A stretch of DNA of 64,000 nucleotides, from assembly GCA_964016885.1 (NCBI GenBank), contig OZ024745.1, positions 34,720,001 through 34,784,000 on the forward strand. Reading direction: 5' to 3'. Source of the DNA: Eledone cirrhosa. Its lineage: Eukaryota. Under the pieces are notes generated by a model. That model was not told where the DNA came from. It saw only the letters and a program-made list of their open reading frames with translations, and made no database searches. Made by a program: the position numbers and the translations under genes. Positions 41,485 to 56,437 of the stretch are shown piece after piece; position 1 is the stretch's first letter, and each line of letters starts with the position of its first letter.

Positions 41485-41710
41485 AAGGCACATTGTCTAA
41501 TAGTTAGTGTTGGGCTCACAATTGTAAGGTCATGGGTTTGATTACTACATCATGTGGTATTTTGTATACTTGAGTAGGGCACTTTGTTTCATGTCATTCC
41601 TGATCACTCAGCTGTAAAACATGAGTAACAGTAGCAGCTGAGGGTTCACCTTGTGAAGAACTGGCTTCACAAAACTGGGTTAAGCTCCAGTCCAAAAATC
41701 TTCTAGGCTC
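41485..41710 (+). mobile_element. Diverged tRNA-derived SINE (family B-like head and core)
   Basis: ggcacattgtctaatagttagtgttgggctcacaattgtaaggtcatgggtttgatt...cttgagtagggcactttg...cactcagctgtaaa. Related copies at 42090-42345 (-) and 50612-50875 (+). Confidence 0.6.
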
Positions 41711-41751
41711 ATCCCCTATTTAATATCTCTACATAACTTCTATTATCTCCT

Positions 41752-41999
41752 TTAACCCTTTCATTATCACATTTCTAATGACACTTTTAATTTTCAAACA
41801 AATTTGGAAATAAAAAATTTGAAAAGATCTTTAGTGGCCAAAAATGAAATGATTATTAAGCTAGAGTTTGGAACATAACTTAACAATTCTTCTTATATGA
41901 AATTACAATGAATGGCTCTTAGATAAATATAAACATTTTAATGTAAACAGTTTTGTATTGGAGAACTAGAAGTATTTGGGGTCAGTTTTGGTAGCAAAA
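41752..41999 (+). mobile_element. MITE of the TTAA/CCCTTT family
   Basis: Starts ttaa-ccctttcatt; similar to 31148-31467. Confidence 0.6.
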
Positions 42000-43597
42000 T
42001 GCTTCATCTAGTAATGCTAAGATTTATAGTTAGGATAATGATGGGCCATAGATGACCTTTAGAAGTAATGTATCATAGGTTAAAAAATGGTTAGTCTGCC
42101 CCAAGCCCAAAGGCTTATCAGGCTGGTGCTTATGCCAGTTTAATTTGTTTTAAACACCTGAGGCTACAACACTCTCTGGAAAGAATACCAGCTTATCCTA
42201 GAGTTAACTCCCAGCTAAGGCTGATACTAATTTTCAACTGTGTTCAACGGGGCAATAGGAAAATGAAGCATTTTGATTAGGAAGTCCAGAAATGAAACTC
42301 ATGACTTCATGATTGTAAGCCCAACACAAACTACAAGGCTCCACCTTTATGAAAATTACTTATAGAGAACTGAAGATTTAATGAGGTCCAAGCAAACTGA
42401 CATTTTGAGAACAGGATATAAGACACAATACTAAAAGAAATTAGGAAACCTTTGGGATTATTAGTATTCATTATTGATCTCTTTTCAACTAAAATAATAA
42501 GCATTTCAGAAAATTTATTATGAAATTAAGACTGAAGGCAGTTAATGAAAGGCCAATGAAACTGAAAGACAATGAGATCTGCAATGTTAGATAAAAGTAA
42601 ATGTTAGGAAGATAAAAGAGACATTTATGATATAAATCAAAACGACATAAAACTTTGGTGCTATTGCTACATTATACTAAATAGTCTCTCTTTGAAGAAT
42701 TTCAACCATGAGACTTGATGAACTTATTGACCTGATGAAAGAGGGGCTTTATAAGATATCACCACAACTCAGGTGAACATCATTAAGAGATAATGGTAAT
42801 TATTCTGTATCTATTGTTCTAAATAAATTGGTTAAATTGAAATCGTGGAAGAATTCTTTTGATTTACTTAGAAGTTTATTATAAAATTATAAAATGAATC
42901 CTCCATCAGTTCTAACGATGAGCATTCAGTTGTTTGATGAAATAAATGTCCAGCTCATGAATTAATAATAAGCTGTTGTGTATTCCACAGACACATGTAC
43001 TTTTTATGTAATTCTCAAACTGAATCAGCATGACACAATATGTCAAGGCTGGACCTTTGAATTACAAGTACAATCTGTACACCTGTCTTACATGCAGTTT
43101 TCATCACCTTATTTCATTCACAGGGCTTGGGTAACCCCACGGTATGGTAAAAACACTTTCCCAAGATGTTACACAGTAACTCATTATTGTGATGCAAATT
43201 TCTTAACCACTCAGCCATTCTTACATTGTTAAAATATTGACACATTAGAGTAACAAGAATGGTGAAGATTATTATTGTAATGTAAAGACAATATTTGCTG
43301 AAATTGTTTGATATAAATGAAGACTGAGAAGTTTCTAATCCTAAAACAACAAAACAAGTGAGGACACCATGTATGATAAATATAATTAATCATTTCTTGA
43401 CTATGCTTTTCATGAAAGACACTGCTTATGATTTCCAAATCATTTTGAAAATAAGTATTTGGAAGTTCAGTTATATTACTAAACCTTACGAATTCTTAAT
43501 AATTTTCCAAAGTAATTGAAATTCCCCAGCTGTATCCTTGATAAAATCTATAGTGACAAAAAAAGATTAAGACTACCACCTAACCTTTGGGTATACT

Positions 43598-43643
43598 ATT
43601 CTGTTCAAAGAAGTTGACGCAGGTCAAATTCTTTGAACAGAAT
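43598..43643. other. Isolated 21-bp hairpin
   Basis: attctgttcaaagaagttgac-gcag-gtcaaattctttgaacagaat, one mismatch. Confidence 0.8.
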
Positions 43644-44133
43644 GAACATAACATATACTCATCCCTCCAACAAGCTATGAGCTTCTGAAAAGTGTCAGTT
43701 GTTGTTCTTCATATATCTAAACCATTAACTATCTTCACCAACATAGCTACCTGAAAAAAAAAACAAGCCAAATCTAATGCAATAATGGTAGAAGAAATAA
43801 AAATGATGACAATCCTGGATTATAAATATTTTCATCAGATGTCCTTCCTCCTAAATAGGTCACAAGTCAAATACATTACTATGTATTCTTTTAACATGAA
43901 AAAAATTCAGGTTTTATGAGACCTTATTTCCATAGATAGATAGATGCATTAGAAAACAGTATTGAGTCAAAGCTACATAATACTTGAGTAATTTCTGATT
44001 CTGAAGAGAAAGCTAAATATATTCCACACCCACACATACGCACGCACACACACACACAGCACACACACACAGCACACACACACACATACACACACGCATA
44101 AGTTAGCTGGAAATATTAGTTAAGATATTCTGA

Positions 44134-44188
<55 letters not shown>

Positions 44189-44516
44189 ATAGATGTTGAG
44201 TTATTAGATTTATTGTTACTGATCTGCATGAATATCAGGAAACAAACCATTTCTTTTATTAATATTTAATCCCCAAGAACTGTTTCAGGATATATTGTAT
44301 TTCTATAATGTTTTTTTTTGCACATGAATCCTGTTATGTTATATATTTTGCATAAAAATTCTTTTGTGGACTGTTCCAGCATTTAGAATTTTATTTTAAA
44401 TTCTTTTAGAAAATACTTATGTATGTAAGTAAGTGTGTATGTATGTGTGTATATATGTATGTATGTTTGATTGTGTATGTATGTACATAATCTATGTATG
44501 TGATTATGTGCATACA

Positions 44517-44552
<36 letters not shown>

Positions 44553-45116
44553 TTATGCATGTATGCAATATATGTATTTATGTTTATTATATACTTATGT
44601 TATAGATGTATTTATGTATGTTTGTATGCATATATTTATGACTGTGCATACCTCTACTATTTTGTATTGTGTGTCTCTGGTTTGTAAGTCACATGCATGT
44701 GAGACTCCATGCAACTTCCCTTTAATGCAAACCACATTCAATAATTTATATTATTTAGATGAGCAGATCTAAACATTCCCAAGAAAATAAATAGCCTAGA
44801 ATTTATATTTATTTGTTTTGTGAAATACAAATATGATTGAGAGAAACAGAAACAAAACAATTATGGGAAGGTTTGTAGGAAGATGCACAACTGTACTTGT
44901 AAATATATATACACAATTCAATACATATGTACACTGATATATATACATGCAAATTCCTTTACACAAATGTATACATACACATAAGTTCACACACACATGG
45001 CCGTGTGCTTACACACAGACACATGTGGTCAATTATATATGCACTTGTGGTCACATGCATACATATATGATCAAACATATACATGCTATCACACACAGAG
45101 TATATATTAAATATGA

Positions 45117-45164
<48 letters not shown>

Positions 45165-45331
45165 ATATATAAATATAAATGTACAGCTACATTATATATA
45201 TATATATATATATGTGTGTGTACAACTACATTATATATATATAATATATATATATATATAGTAATAATAATAAAATTGAAGTTAAGGGTGAAAGCAGCGC
45301 TTCTTTGCTTAAACTTTAATCTGTTATTTTA

Positions 45332-45398
<67 letters not shown>

Positions 45399-45753
45399 AT
45401 ATATATATATATAATACATTGTTTACTCCCTGGTGAATATAACAGAATTTCTTTGCAAAAATACAACATACGCCTACATGCTTGCTTAGAAACAAACATT
45501 GAAATCTCTGCCAAAATGAATAATGAAATATTAACAATAATACTAATAATAATCATTGATTGATTAATACAACTAATGTTTCATTTTTCAGAACTAATAT
45601 ATAATATTCTCTTGAGAAACATTTTTCCGGCATTTACATTGAGCTTTAGTCTATCTGATGTTCAGCCTTAATGGAAACAGTGTAAAAGTCAGACTCAAAC
45701 ATTATGTCTGTTTCACAATATTTATCATAAGTGTATGCTTTTTCTTTCTTCAG

Positions 45754-45851
45754 GCAGAGCATTACGCATGTTGAGACTAGCCAAGTTGCTAAGCCTTCTC
45801 AGGTTGCTACGGCTTTCCCGATTGGTCAGATATGTACAGCAATGGGAAGAG
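45754..45851 (+). CDS. HCN: Internal exon of a hyperpolarization-activated cyclic-nucleotide-gated (HCN/Ih) channel: S4 voltage sensor and S4-S5 linker
   Basis: Translates (G)[32 protein letters not shown], the HCN S4 signature ([18 protein letters not shown]). Polypyrimidine tract plus CAG acceptor (tttttctttcttcag, AG at 45752-45753; phase 1) and donor GAG|GTTTGT at 45852. An intron after QWEE is also known in vertebrate HCN genes. No other HCN exons were recognised in the window. Confidence 0.93.
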
Positions 45852-45887
45852 GTTTGTGTTAGCTTTTTCATTCAACTCTCAAACACA

Positions 45888-47265
<1,378 letters not shown>

Positions 47266-47802
47266 TAAATCATAATTGCCTTCTGTATCATGTATTTGCT
47301 TGTTTCCAATTATTCCCAGCCAGTCATTATTATGATGATACTGTCCTTCCCCTCCATTACTAAATGGCACACACCTTCTCTTCATCAGATAATTTTTGTT
47401 CATTAAACTTGAATTTGAATTCAATTTTATTCTATTGCATCATAATCATAATGCAATGTTATTACATCTGTATCTATTGTCTTATATTTCCTTTGAATAG
47501 CGTCATGAAAAGAACAGACTGCTCTTAGAAAACATTTATGTAGATTTCATTTATTTCAAAATGTTGTTCAGTTCTCATTAAGCCTAGGTGGTGATCTTTT
47601 ACAATTTCCACTAAGAACATATGTATACAGCTTGCCCTGAAAGACACTCCTTTCATCAGCTGTTTACCGGAGATCTAAATGTTTTCAACACCACCTGGAA
47701 ATATCCTCTTCCAGTAATACCAAATAATATTGATGCTACCAGAGAATGTATGGGTTAGTTTGTCCCACACTATACCATATATATTTTCCTGTAAAAAGAA
47801 AA

Positions 47803-47875
<73 letters not shown>

Positions 47876-47958
47876 GGAGGTGAGTTTTATTGTAGTACAA
47901 TAAAGCAATGCAGATATTGGATAAGAAGCATTCTACAGTTTGTAGGACTGGAGTATAC

Positions 47959-48786
47959 ATAATATAAGATCAAAAAATGGTTAAAGGAGTTCCATGTATT
48001 TTATTATGCGCATTTCAAAAACAAACATCATCATGCAATAATATTTGTGTTTTCATCAGATAAAACAGGAGAACATGATATGAAGGCTAAAAAACACTTG
48101 TGGATAGTGCAGTTTTAAATCAACATATGAAAAGTGGTTTTAGATTGATGTGTGATATTGGGAAAAATATTTTATTTAGAGAGGGGGGGGATGAAAAAGG
48201 GGAGGAGATGAGAGGGAGAGATGGGTGATAGAGAGAAAGAGATAGTTTTTATAACTGAGAGAAGATATATTGTTTTACATAGAGAGGTTGAAAACCGTTG
48301 GAAGATAATGTATAAATTAAAAGAATTTGAAAATTAACGAAGGGAAAGATATGTACGAGGAAAAAATATTTTTTCCTCGTACATATCTTTCCCTTCGTTA
48401 ATTTTCAAATTCTTTTAATTTATACATTATCTTCCAACGGTTTTCAACCTCTCTATGTAAAACAATATATCTTCTCTCAGTTATAAAAACTATCTCTTTC
48501 TCTCTATCACCCATCTCTCCCTCTCATCTCCTCCCCTTTTTCATCCTTTCCACCACCCCCCGTCTCTAAATAAAATATTTTTCCCAATATCACACATCAA
48601 TCTAAAACCACTTTTCATATGTTGATTTAAAACTGCACTATCCACAAGTGTTTTTTAGCCTTCATATCATGTTCTCCTGTTTTATCTGATGAAAACACAA
48701 ATATTATTGCATGATGATGTTTGTTTTTGAAATGCGCATAATAAAATACATGGAACACCTTTAACCATCTTTTGATCTTATATTAT
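47959..48786. mobile_element. Near-perfect spacer-less palindrome (~410-bp arms) with an HHR on each arm
   Basis: Centre aaaaaat|atttttt at 48367/48368; arms match except for a few substitutions and one short indel near the G/C run; ends in (TA)n. Confidence 0.9.
48679..48747 (+). ncRNA. Minimal type I hammerhead ribozyme (mirror copy on minus strand at 47998-48066)
   Basis: Stem I ttttat/ataaaa; CTGATGA(48686-92); 16-position stem II aaacacaaatattatt-gcat-gatgatgtttgttttt; GAAA(48729-32); perfect palindromic stem III ATGCGCAT; UA site at 48739-40. Confidence 0.8.
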
Positions 48787-48911
48787 ATATATATATATAT
48801 ATATATGAGCAGCAGGGTTTCTATGTATACAACCTTCAATCTATTGCTCTAATTACTTTATATAACAAACTTTTTATGAATCTTTCCCTTTCACTATCTT
48901 GCTTCCTTGCT

Positions 48912-48914
<3 letters not shown>

Positions 48915-48990
<76 letters not shown>

Positions 48991-49042
48991 CTCTGTATGT
49001 GTGTGTGTGTGTGTGTGTGTTTGGGTGTTATATATATATATA
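48915..49042. repeat. (CT)n, (GT)n and (TA)n microsatellites
   Basis: Directly visible. Confidence 0.95.
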
Positions 49043-49159
49043 TAGGAAAATGTAAGACCCCGACGGCAGAGCTCAAGCCGTTTCGACGGCTATTTCTGGA
49101 CTAAGAAATAGCCGTCGAAACGGCTTGAGCTCTGCCGTCGGGGTCTTACTTTTTCCTAT
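49042..49159. mobile_element. Short fold-back made of the 3' half of the HHR family seen at 1177-1272
   Basis: 56-bp arms 49042-49097/49104-49159 with loop ggacta; GAAA-cggc-ttgagctct-gccg-TC-gggg present, CUGA half missing. Confidence 0.85.
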
Positions 49160-49268
49160 TTCCCACTCTACTACCCTAAGTATTGAATATTCTGGTGCGT
49201 TATGGTCCATCTGGTTCCTTACCACAATTCCTTTGTTATATATATATAAAACCAAAGAAAAATATAAG

Positions 49269-49843
49269 ATTCTTACAATTGTTTCCACAATTGCTCCCAA
49301 TCAGTTGACAGTTAGTCAAAAGGATGTAATAAAATTGTGTAGGATATGTGTAAAGAAAACTTGGCAAAACCTCATCAGAAGAAAAGAAGCAGAAAAATAA
49401 AACGAAATATTTTGAAGGTTAACCCTATAGGGCAATATGCAGGACATTGGAGATTACATTTCAATATGAAGCACTCCTAGTGCTTTTAAATAGATACCCT
49501 AATCCCTGTCAACGATCAATTATCTGCCTTTACCTGTCAAATTAATTAAAATAAAATTTTATTTTTAATTGATCCAATAGCATCCATATGGCATAATATA
49601 ATGGTTGCTTGTTTTTTTCAAAGTAATTAATATGAATTTCAGTGCATCATATTAAAATGTAATCTTCACTGTTCTGCATCTTGCCCTATAGGGTTAACCT
49701 TCAGAATATTATGTTCTATTTTTCTGCTTTTATGGCTTCTGATGAGGTTTTGCCAAATTTACACATGTTATACACAATTTTAATATCCCCTTTTGATTAA
49801 CTATGAAATGATTAGTAGCAACACCGAAACAATTGTAAGGAAT
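49269..49843. mobile_element. Diverged fold-back element with an HHR bearing an extended stem II loop
   Basis: Arms 49269-49475 and 49641-49843, with an A/T palindrome at the centre (~49556). The right arm reads CTGATGA(49739-45)-ggttttgc...gcaacacc-GAAA(49826-29)-caattg-TA. Confidence 0.75.
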
Positions 49844-50188
49844 TAAATGAGTTAAGATAATTATTCTATCTTTATCTTTGGCTAAATATGCTCTGTATTT
49901 ACGTCTTTCTTTCTGTATTGTTGTCCATAAAATTATCTCTCATATCTTCCAACCATAACTACATAAACGTATTGAACTTTGTACAAAACTATTTGGCAAT
50001 CATATAGGTCCTCACATACAAATAGAGTTATATTTTTACCCTTGCTATATACATATTTATGATATGTACAAATTGATAATAATTCAATGCATTCTGTAAA
50101 TATTTTATTTATAATTAAGCATTTATTCAAAATGTCACACACACAACATATCAAATGGAGATATAACCATGGTATAGCTAATTGGCCA

Positions 50189-50372
50189 TTGGATTGGCAG
50201 TATCGGTAGAGGGTCGGACGCCATGCTTTGCAGCATAGTTACTTCCCTTTACAGACTGAGTTTAAATCCAGCCGAGGTTAACTTTGCCTTTCATCCTTAC
50301 GGGGTCGATAAAATAAAGTACCAGTAATGCACTGGGTAATTGCTGGCCTTGTGCCTAAAGAAGAAACAATTA
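50189..50372 (+). mobile_element. SINE family A
   Basis: Family head, core and tail present. Confidence 0.88.
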
Positions 50373-53272
50373 TGGTAATTTCTTATTGTTCAAGGTTATT
50401 TCACCTGGTTGGAAATACAACAGTACCCGTGCCCTGACCACTGAATCTTATGGGAGACTGCCTAGCCAAAATACTAATCCATCAACATGAGAATCTACAC
50501 TGAGTGCCTGATAAATAAGAATTTCTTATATTTTTGTGGTTTCAATTGAGAGGTACAGGGAAAACTCCTCTTCCTTGTTCCAATTTATCTGGAAGCTAAG
50601 AAACATAGGGTGGTGGCATGTGACCTAGTGGTAAAGTTGTTGGACTTATGATCATAATGTTGTGCAATTGATTTCTTGACTGAGTTGTGTATTATGTTCT
50701 TGAGCAAAACACTTTAATTCATGTTGCTCCAGTATATTCAACTGGAAATGAGTACCAGCAATAGCTAGGGGATTAGCCCTGCTATGGACTGGTGTCCGAT
50801 CCAGGGGAGAGTTATGTACTCTCAGCTGCTTCATACCACAGAAACTGGGATATGCACTGGCCTGATGAGCCTGTGGGACAAATACAGACTTTAGACTAAG
50901 AAACAAAGAACTCATCTTTCTACAGTTACTTTGTATTTCAATGGATGTTGTATCTATATACTTTGCCAGTCTGATAATTTAGGGATAATGAAACATCCTC
51001 TGATGATATTCCTCAAGGAGGAATCCCACATGTTATCTAACTCTCATCACAAGTGGACATTCCTTCTGGAGAATTTTCATTCCTTTTATATTAAGCCTAG
51101 TAATACAAATTCTAGAAATTACAGACTACAAGATTCATGAAGGATTAATGAGTAGCCTAGTTGATTTGATCAATGGAACAGCCAGCTCATAGAATTAATG
51201 TGCAAATGGCTATGCATTCCAGAGACAAGTGTACCTTTAATGTAGTTTCTTAGGGAGATGCAAAGTGTGACCATGCTAATCCTTTGAATTAAAGGTACAA
51301 CTTATTTTTTTTCCGGCTGTGGATTCGAACATGAAATGTTGTTTTAAAGGAAAACAATATTCACAATAGAGTGAAAATATATATTCTTTTTTAACCTCCA
51401 ACACAAAGATGTCATCCACATGCAACATAAACACTTCACACCAGACTTACATAGTTTCTATGGAGAACGACTTTCAACAAATCTTTCAGTGAGACTCGGC
51501 AGCTTAGTCTCATTCAACAGAAACAAAACAAAGCCATTAACACACTAAGTAAACCATATCCACCCTGTCTACATATGATCAACATATATTTAAAACCCTT
51601 AATAGCACTACAAAATGTTATACCTCACAACCTCTGATGATGGCAGCAATACATATATAATATTGCTAATACTACATCTCTAAAGGTAGGCTTTCTCTTC
51701 AGAACCAGAAAATATTTCAGCCTTGATCAGTTGCTGGCCTTTTATAAGATCCACACTGAGTCAATATAGAGTAGAGAGGACTTTCCTGTCTTGCTGAACA
51801 CAACAACCTCTCTAGTGTTGGGGCCACTATAAAATGCATTCTGTAAAGTTATTAAAGTTGTTGGCTTTAAGAAGAGCATTCAGCTATAGAAACCATGTCA
51901 AAATATTGAACCAATGAGCAGGATGTGGTTATTTAACAATGTCTTGTCTCAGACTGTGATTACCTGTCCAACCCATGTCAGAATGGAAAGCAAATGCAAA
52001 ATGATGATGATGACTTAATGAGTGTTGCAGCTGTTCCAAACACATCCAAAAATATCTGGTTATTTGGAAAATGATCCCTTCCTTACAGATGTACTGTATG
52101 TTCTTTCAGTCCCTTGTGCTACTACTATAAGAGCTTCTGTATCTCTGAACTAGCTAGCCATACAATATCCAATATATCCACCACTTCTTATTATTGTGAT
52201 TTACCTCTCAAACACACACTAAACATTCCTCCAAATCTTTCTTCCACAGGACTGCATGGGAACTCCCTAACTAATATTAACATCATTAGTCTGAAGGTTC
52301 TGTAACAAATTAATAAAATATGCTCCTTTTGTAACATTAATCATTATATTTATTATATTTAAACTACTCTAAATGACTGGAATTTAGATTAACACTCATA
52401 TATCTAATGCAATGATAATATATGTTTAAGTCAGCTCCCAGATTTTTTTCTTCTAATGTTGTATGTATCTAAAATAATTGGAATATGAATAATTGTAAGA
52501 CACATGTGTAGTAGACCCAACACATAACTTAGTTTACCCTTGGCTACCCTTAGCAGAATCTACCCTGTTGCAAATATCTGGGCCAGGTTTTCAATTAGAG
52601 GTTACATTTATCCTTCATGTTCCTGCCAGTCTCAAAGGTTATGAAAAGAGTCATGGCCACTACCCTTCACTCCCTAACTAGACATTTTAAGCAAATTCAT
52701 TTTATGTTAGCTCTCAGCCATGAATAAAAGTTAGACAATTCAAAATTATGAGGTCACTGACCTATAGAAACTTTGAAGAAATAATTCTTTATCGATTCCA
52801 AAGTAAGCTGGTTTATTTAATAATTAGCTGAATAGTGATTTCTTGCATTAATCTAAAGCCACAAATTTATGTACTAGATTTATAAACTACCAATAGTGTT
52901 ATTATTTATTTTGGTGATATTGTACAGTGATAGTACTGATGCCACAACAAAATGCACCCTGTGTATGCAGTATTGGCTGGCATTAGGAAGGGCATCCAGC
53001 TGTAGAAAACTTGCCAAAATTGGAAACTATGAGAAAGATATGGTTTCCTGGCATGTCTAGTAACAGATTGTGAAAACCCATCTAACCCTTACCAGTATGG
53101 AAAGCAGATATGAAATGCTGATGGAGAAATGAAAGTCAAGATTTGAACACAGAATGAAAAGGGATATAACTCAATATCATAAGGCAATTAGTCTAACTAA
53201 AGTTCAACAAATTCTTCCACTAAATGAAATAAATAAATAATAATTCTACAAGGAAACATCAGTAGACTAATG

Positions 53273-53540
53273 TAATAATTGTTTCTACTTTTGGCACAAG
53301 GCCAGCAATTACCCAGTGCATTACTGGTACTTTATTTTATCGACCCCGTAAGGATGAAAGGCAAAGTTAACCTCGGCGGGATTTGAACTCAGAATGGCAA
53401 GGGCCGTAACTCTATGCATCAAAGCATGGCATCCGACCATCTACCGATACTGCCAATCCACCGCCTATAGTAGACTAATGTAATAATTGTTTCTACGTTT
53501 AGCACAAGGCCAGCAATTACCCAGTGCATTACTGGTACTT
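53273..53540 (-). mobile_element. SINE family A plus a duplicated tail
   Basis: Full copy at 53273-53466; agtagactaatg at 53261 and 53469, followed by a second partial tail. Confidence 0.85.
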
Positions 53541-55450
53541 GAAAGATAAATAAAGTATCTTAGATTTTGTAGCATCCATGTATTTTAAGGCCTTGTTTAA
53601 ACTGATAATTTGGGTTGGCAGTAAGAATAGAATATAGTTCTCACTATAGTACCTTTTCAGTCTGAATGACAAATCTCTGATTATCTTCTTGCAAGAATAA
53701 AGGATTTAATTTCTGCATCAGAATATAGTCTTGAAGGTCTTTCTTGTCTTAATCCAATTTGTGTAACAATTTATTATTTTGGAAAATTGAATTTCTTTAC
53801 CAAAACAGATTACCATAGAATTTCTATATAGGTCAGTGAAACCTTTGAAGAATATTACAGATTTTTTCCCTTTGAGAATGGCAGAGTTATAGTTTAATAT
53901 TTATTATATATTGTTGATCAATTTTTTGTATGTAGTCCCAATGTATTTTGTTGTCAGTGTATCTGAAAAAGTAATTTTCAATTGTTTCTCTCAAAAAAGT
54001 TACTATTCTTGATGTTTATTATTAATTTTTCCAGATTTCCTTATTTGTTTTTATTTATTTTCTGTTTTCTTCATTTCGTATCATTTGTTTGTTTTTATAA
54101 CATATACTTTTAGATTCTGTTACCATTTTATGTTGTTTTTTTCTTCTTAATTTACCTATATTTTTGTCAAAACTGTATCAATGTTCTAAGAAAAAACAAA
54201 ACAACCCAATTACATTTCAAGTCAAACCTCCCTCTTTCATTTCAATTCTTTTATCTTTGTTTATCTCTTAAATTACTTTTAGATATTACCCTTTATCTAA
54301 CTATATCTTTCCACATATATACTTCCACTCTTGTTATAGGATTAGCTGTGGACCATGTAATTAAATTAACTGGTTAGATATACATACATATTGTGTATAT
54401 CGAGAGAAAAGTGATAGACATTTTGTAAACTATATAGACAGAGAGACGGCTGTTTGGTTAAGGAATTTGCTTTGCAAACACATTGCTTTGGGTTCAGTCC
54501 TAATTTGTGTCACCTTGGGCTAGTGCCACCTTGGGTTGACCAATTCTTTGTGAGTGAAATTTTGTACAATATTTAGTTCATTCCCTCCCCAGTCATATTC
54601 CACAATAAATCCAGTGCAATAGTGAATGGAATCTTTTAGAACAGTCATAGTTTTTCTTCTTTGTATCTTTGTATATTGGTCAGTTTAATACAATGTTAGT
54701 ATAACAGTTTCTTCATCTCAAAGACATTGTTTACATCTATGCAAAGCGTTTCTTAGAGTCCTCTTAGGTCTACAAATTGGAGTTAATTTAGATGTAAAAA
54801 CTGGAGTTACTCTAGGGCTTAAAATTTGAGCCACCTAAGGTGTAAGCATATGAAGCACTTTTGGTCTAAGCATGCAGGTAAATAAGTTAAAGAATATAGT
54901 TCATGTATTCTTTGTTACTTTTGTCTACAGAACAAAATATGGGGGAATTATACTAAGCAGTGTGTAGCTACAATAATCAGCATAACAAAACTCGACAATC
55001 TGTATCTTTGCTGTTTATATCTTTTTATAAGCATCTCTTGAAAGGAGTACACTCCATACAATATGAGCCTGACTAAATATGATGCCATATTTCTAATAAA
55101 AGACACTACCTATGATTTTCAAATAATTTTGAAAAATAATGAATTTGGAGGGGTTTAGTAATATAACAAAATTTTGCATTATCAAACTGATCCTTGGAAC
55201 CTAACTTAACAATTAAGATAGAAGGTTTTTAGATAAATATAAACACTTTAAAACAAACAGATTTGTATCATAGAACTAAGAGCAGTTTCAAATAGACTGG
55301 TATCAAAAGGATTAAACCTCACTAAAACAATGGTAAAAAGATTGGCTAATAAATAGTGAAGTAGGTCCTAACACACTGTGCTAACACTTAATTAGTTTTT
55401 GTTAATGAAGACCATGCTTATATTGAGAAGAAGGAATAGTTTAACAATGC

Positions 55451-55659
55451 TCAACCCTTTAGCATTTACATTACTCTATATATACTATTGTATATTACTT
55501 AATTATCTCACATAATATCGAATCTATAAGATTTTGATGTTATTTATTTTGAGAACAATGCATTAACATAAGTATAAACGGCCAGTTACAGCCGGTTTGA
55601 ACAGAAAGAGGTGAAAGAATTCTGGCCAGATATGGCCGGTTTGAATACTAAAGGGTTAA
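55451..55659. mobile_element. MITE, piggyBac-like, second family
   Basis: tcaa-ccctttagcattta ... tgaatactaaaggg-ttaa terminal inverted repeats; subterminal ggccggtttgaa repeats. Confidence 0.7.
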
Positions 55660-56437
55660 ATCAACCAAACAAAAGCAAAATCAACAACTAAAAGTGTATA
55701 TTTTCTTAACTGGATTGTTTTACTGAAGTTCTCAAGTCATGTTTGTCACATGGTTGACACAATTTCAGAGCAGATAATTTTTTATATGCCAGTAGCATTA
55801 CATTGATTCTCCTCATTTTTGCCATCAGGAATATGTGTCAAAAACTGTGAACGAAGTGGATATTGATATAGAAAAACTGGGACAAACCCTCACATGGAGA
55901 TATGTTTTAATCTGATATTATGATTGCTGCAATCAATTATGAAAATGACAATAATGTCACACATATGAGTAGAAAGAGACAGACTGTCTCCTAAATCATC
56001 TACTTAATTCTTCTGCCAAAAATTCCTTAGATTCTGCCAATCAAGTATTGATCTGTCATGTCAACAAATAGCAAGCAAGTCATAGCATATAGGTTTTTTG
56101 TTTTTTTTCACATTACATTTATATAACATATTTTCTCCCTTTCTATTGTTTGTAGCCTAACAACAACATAAGAGGATGAAGAGGAAATTACATTTATATT
56201 TTTTAAAATATTATTTGCTTCTGTATTATACTAATTTATTTATTTTCTCCTTGTTTCTCTGGAATTTATGGATAACTTTCATATACCTGTTTCTGAAACT
56301 AATGTCTCTTAAAACATATCAAAACTTAAATGACCTCTCCAGTACTGGTAACAAAATACACCTAGTACCCTCTGTAAGTAGTATGTTTGCTGCCAGATTA
56401 AAATCACCCAATTTACTCAGTAAGTGGTAATGATACT

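Noticed and set aside
42730-42780. CTGATGA motif
   Set aside because: No stem II/GAAA arrangement found.
50995-51035. CTGATGA plus hairpin attcctc/gaggaat
   Set aside because: GAAA and cleavage site absent; possibly a relic but unsupported.
51380-51690. Possible PLE remnant with CTGATGA(51634-40) and hairpin agcaata/tattgct
   Set aside because: GAAA missing and upstream protein similarity too weak to call by eye.
53560-54000. Possible RT remnant on the minus strand (GLRQ-like)
   Set aside because: Too degenerate to assign without a search.
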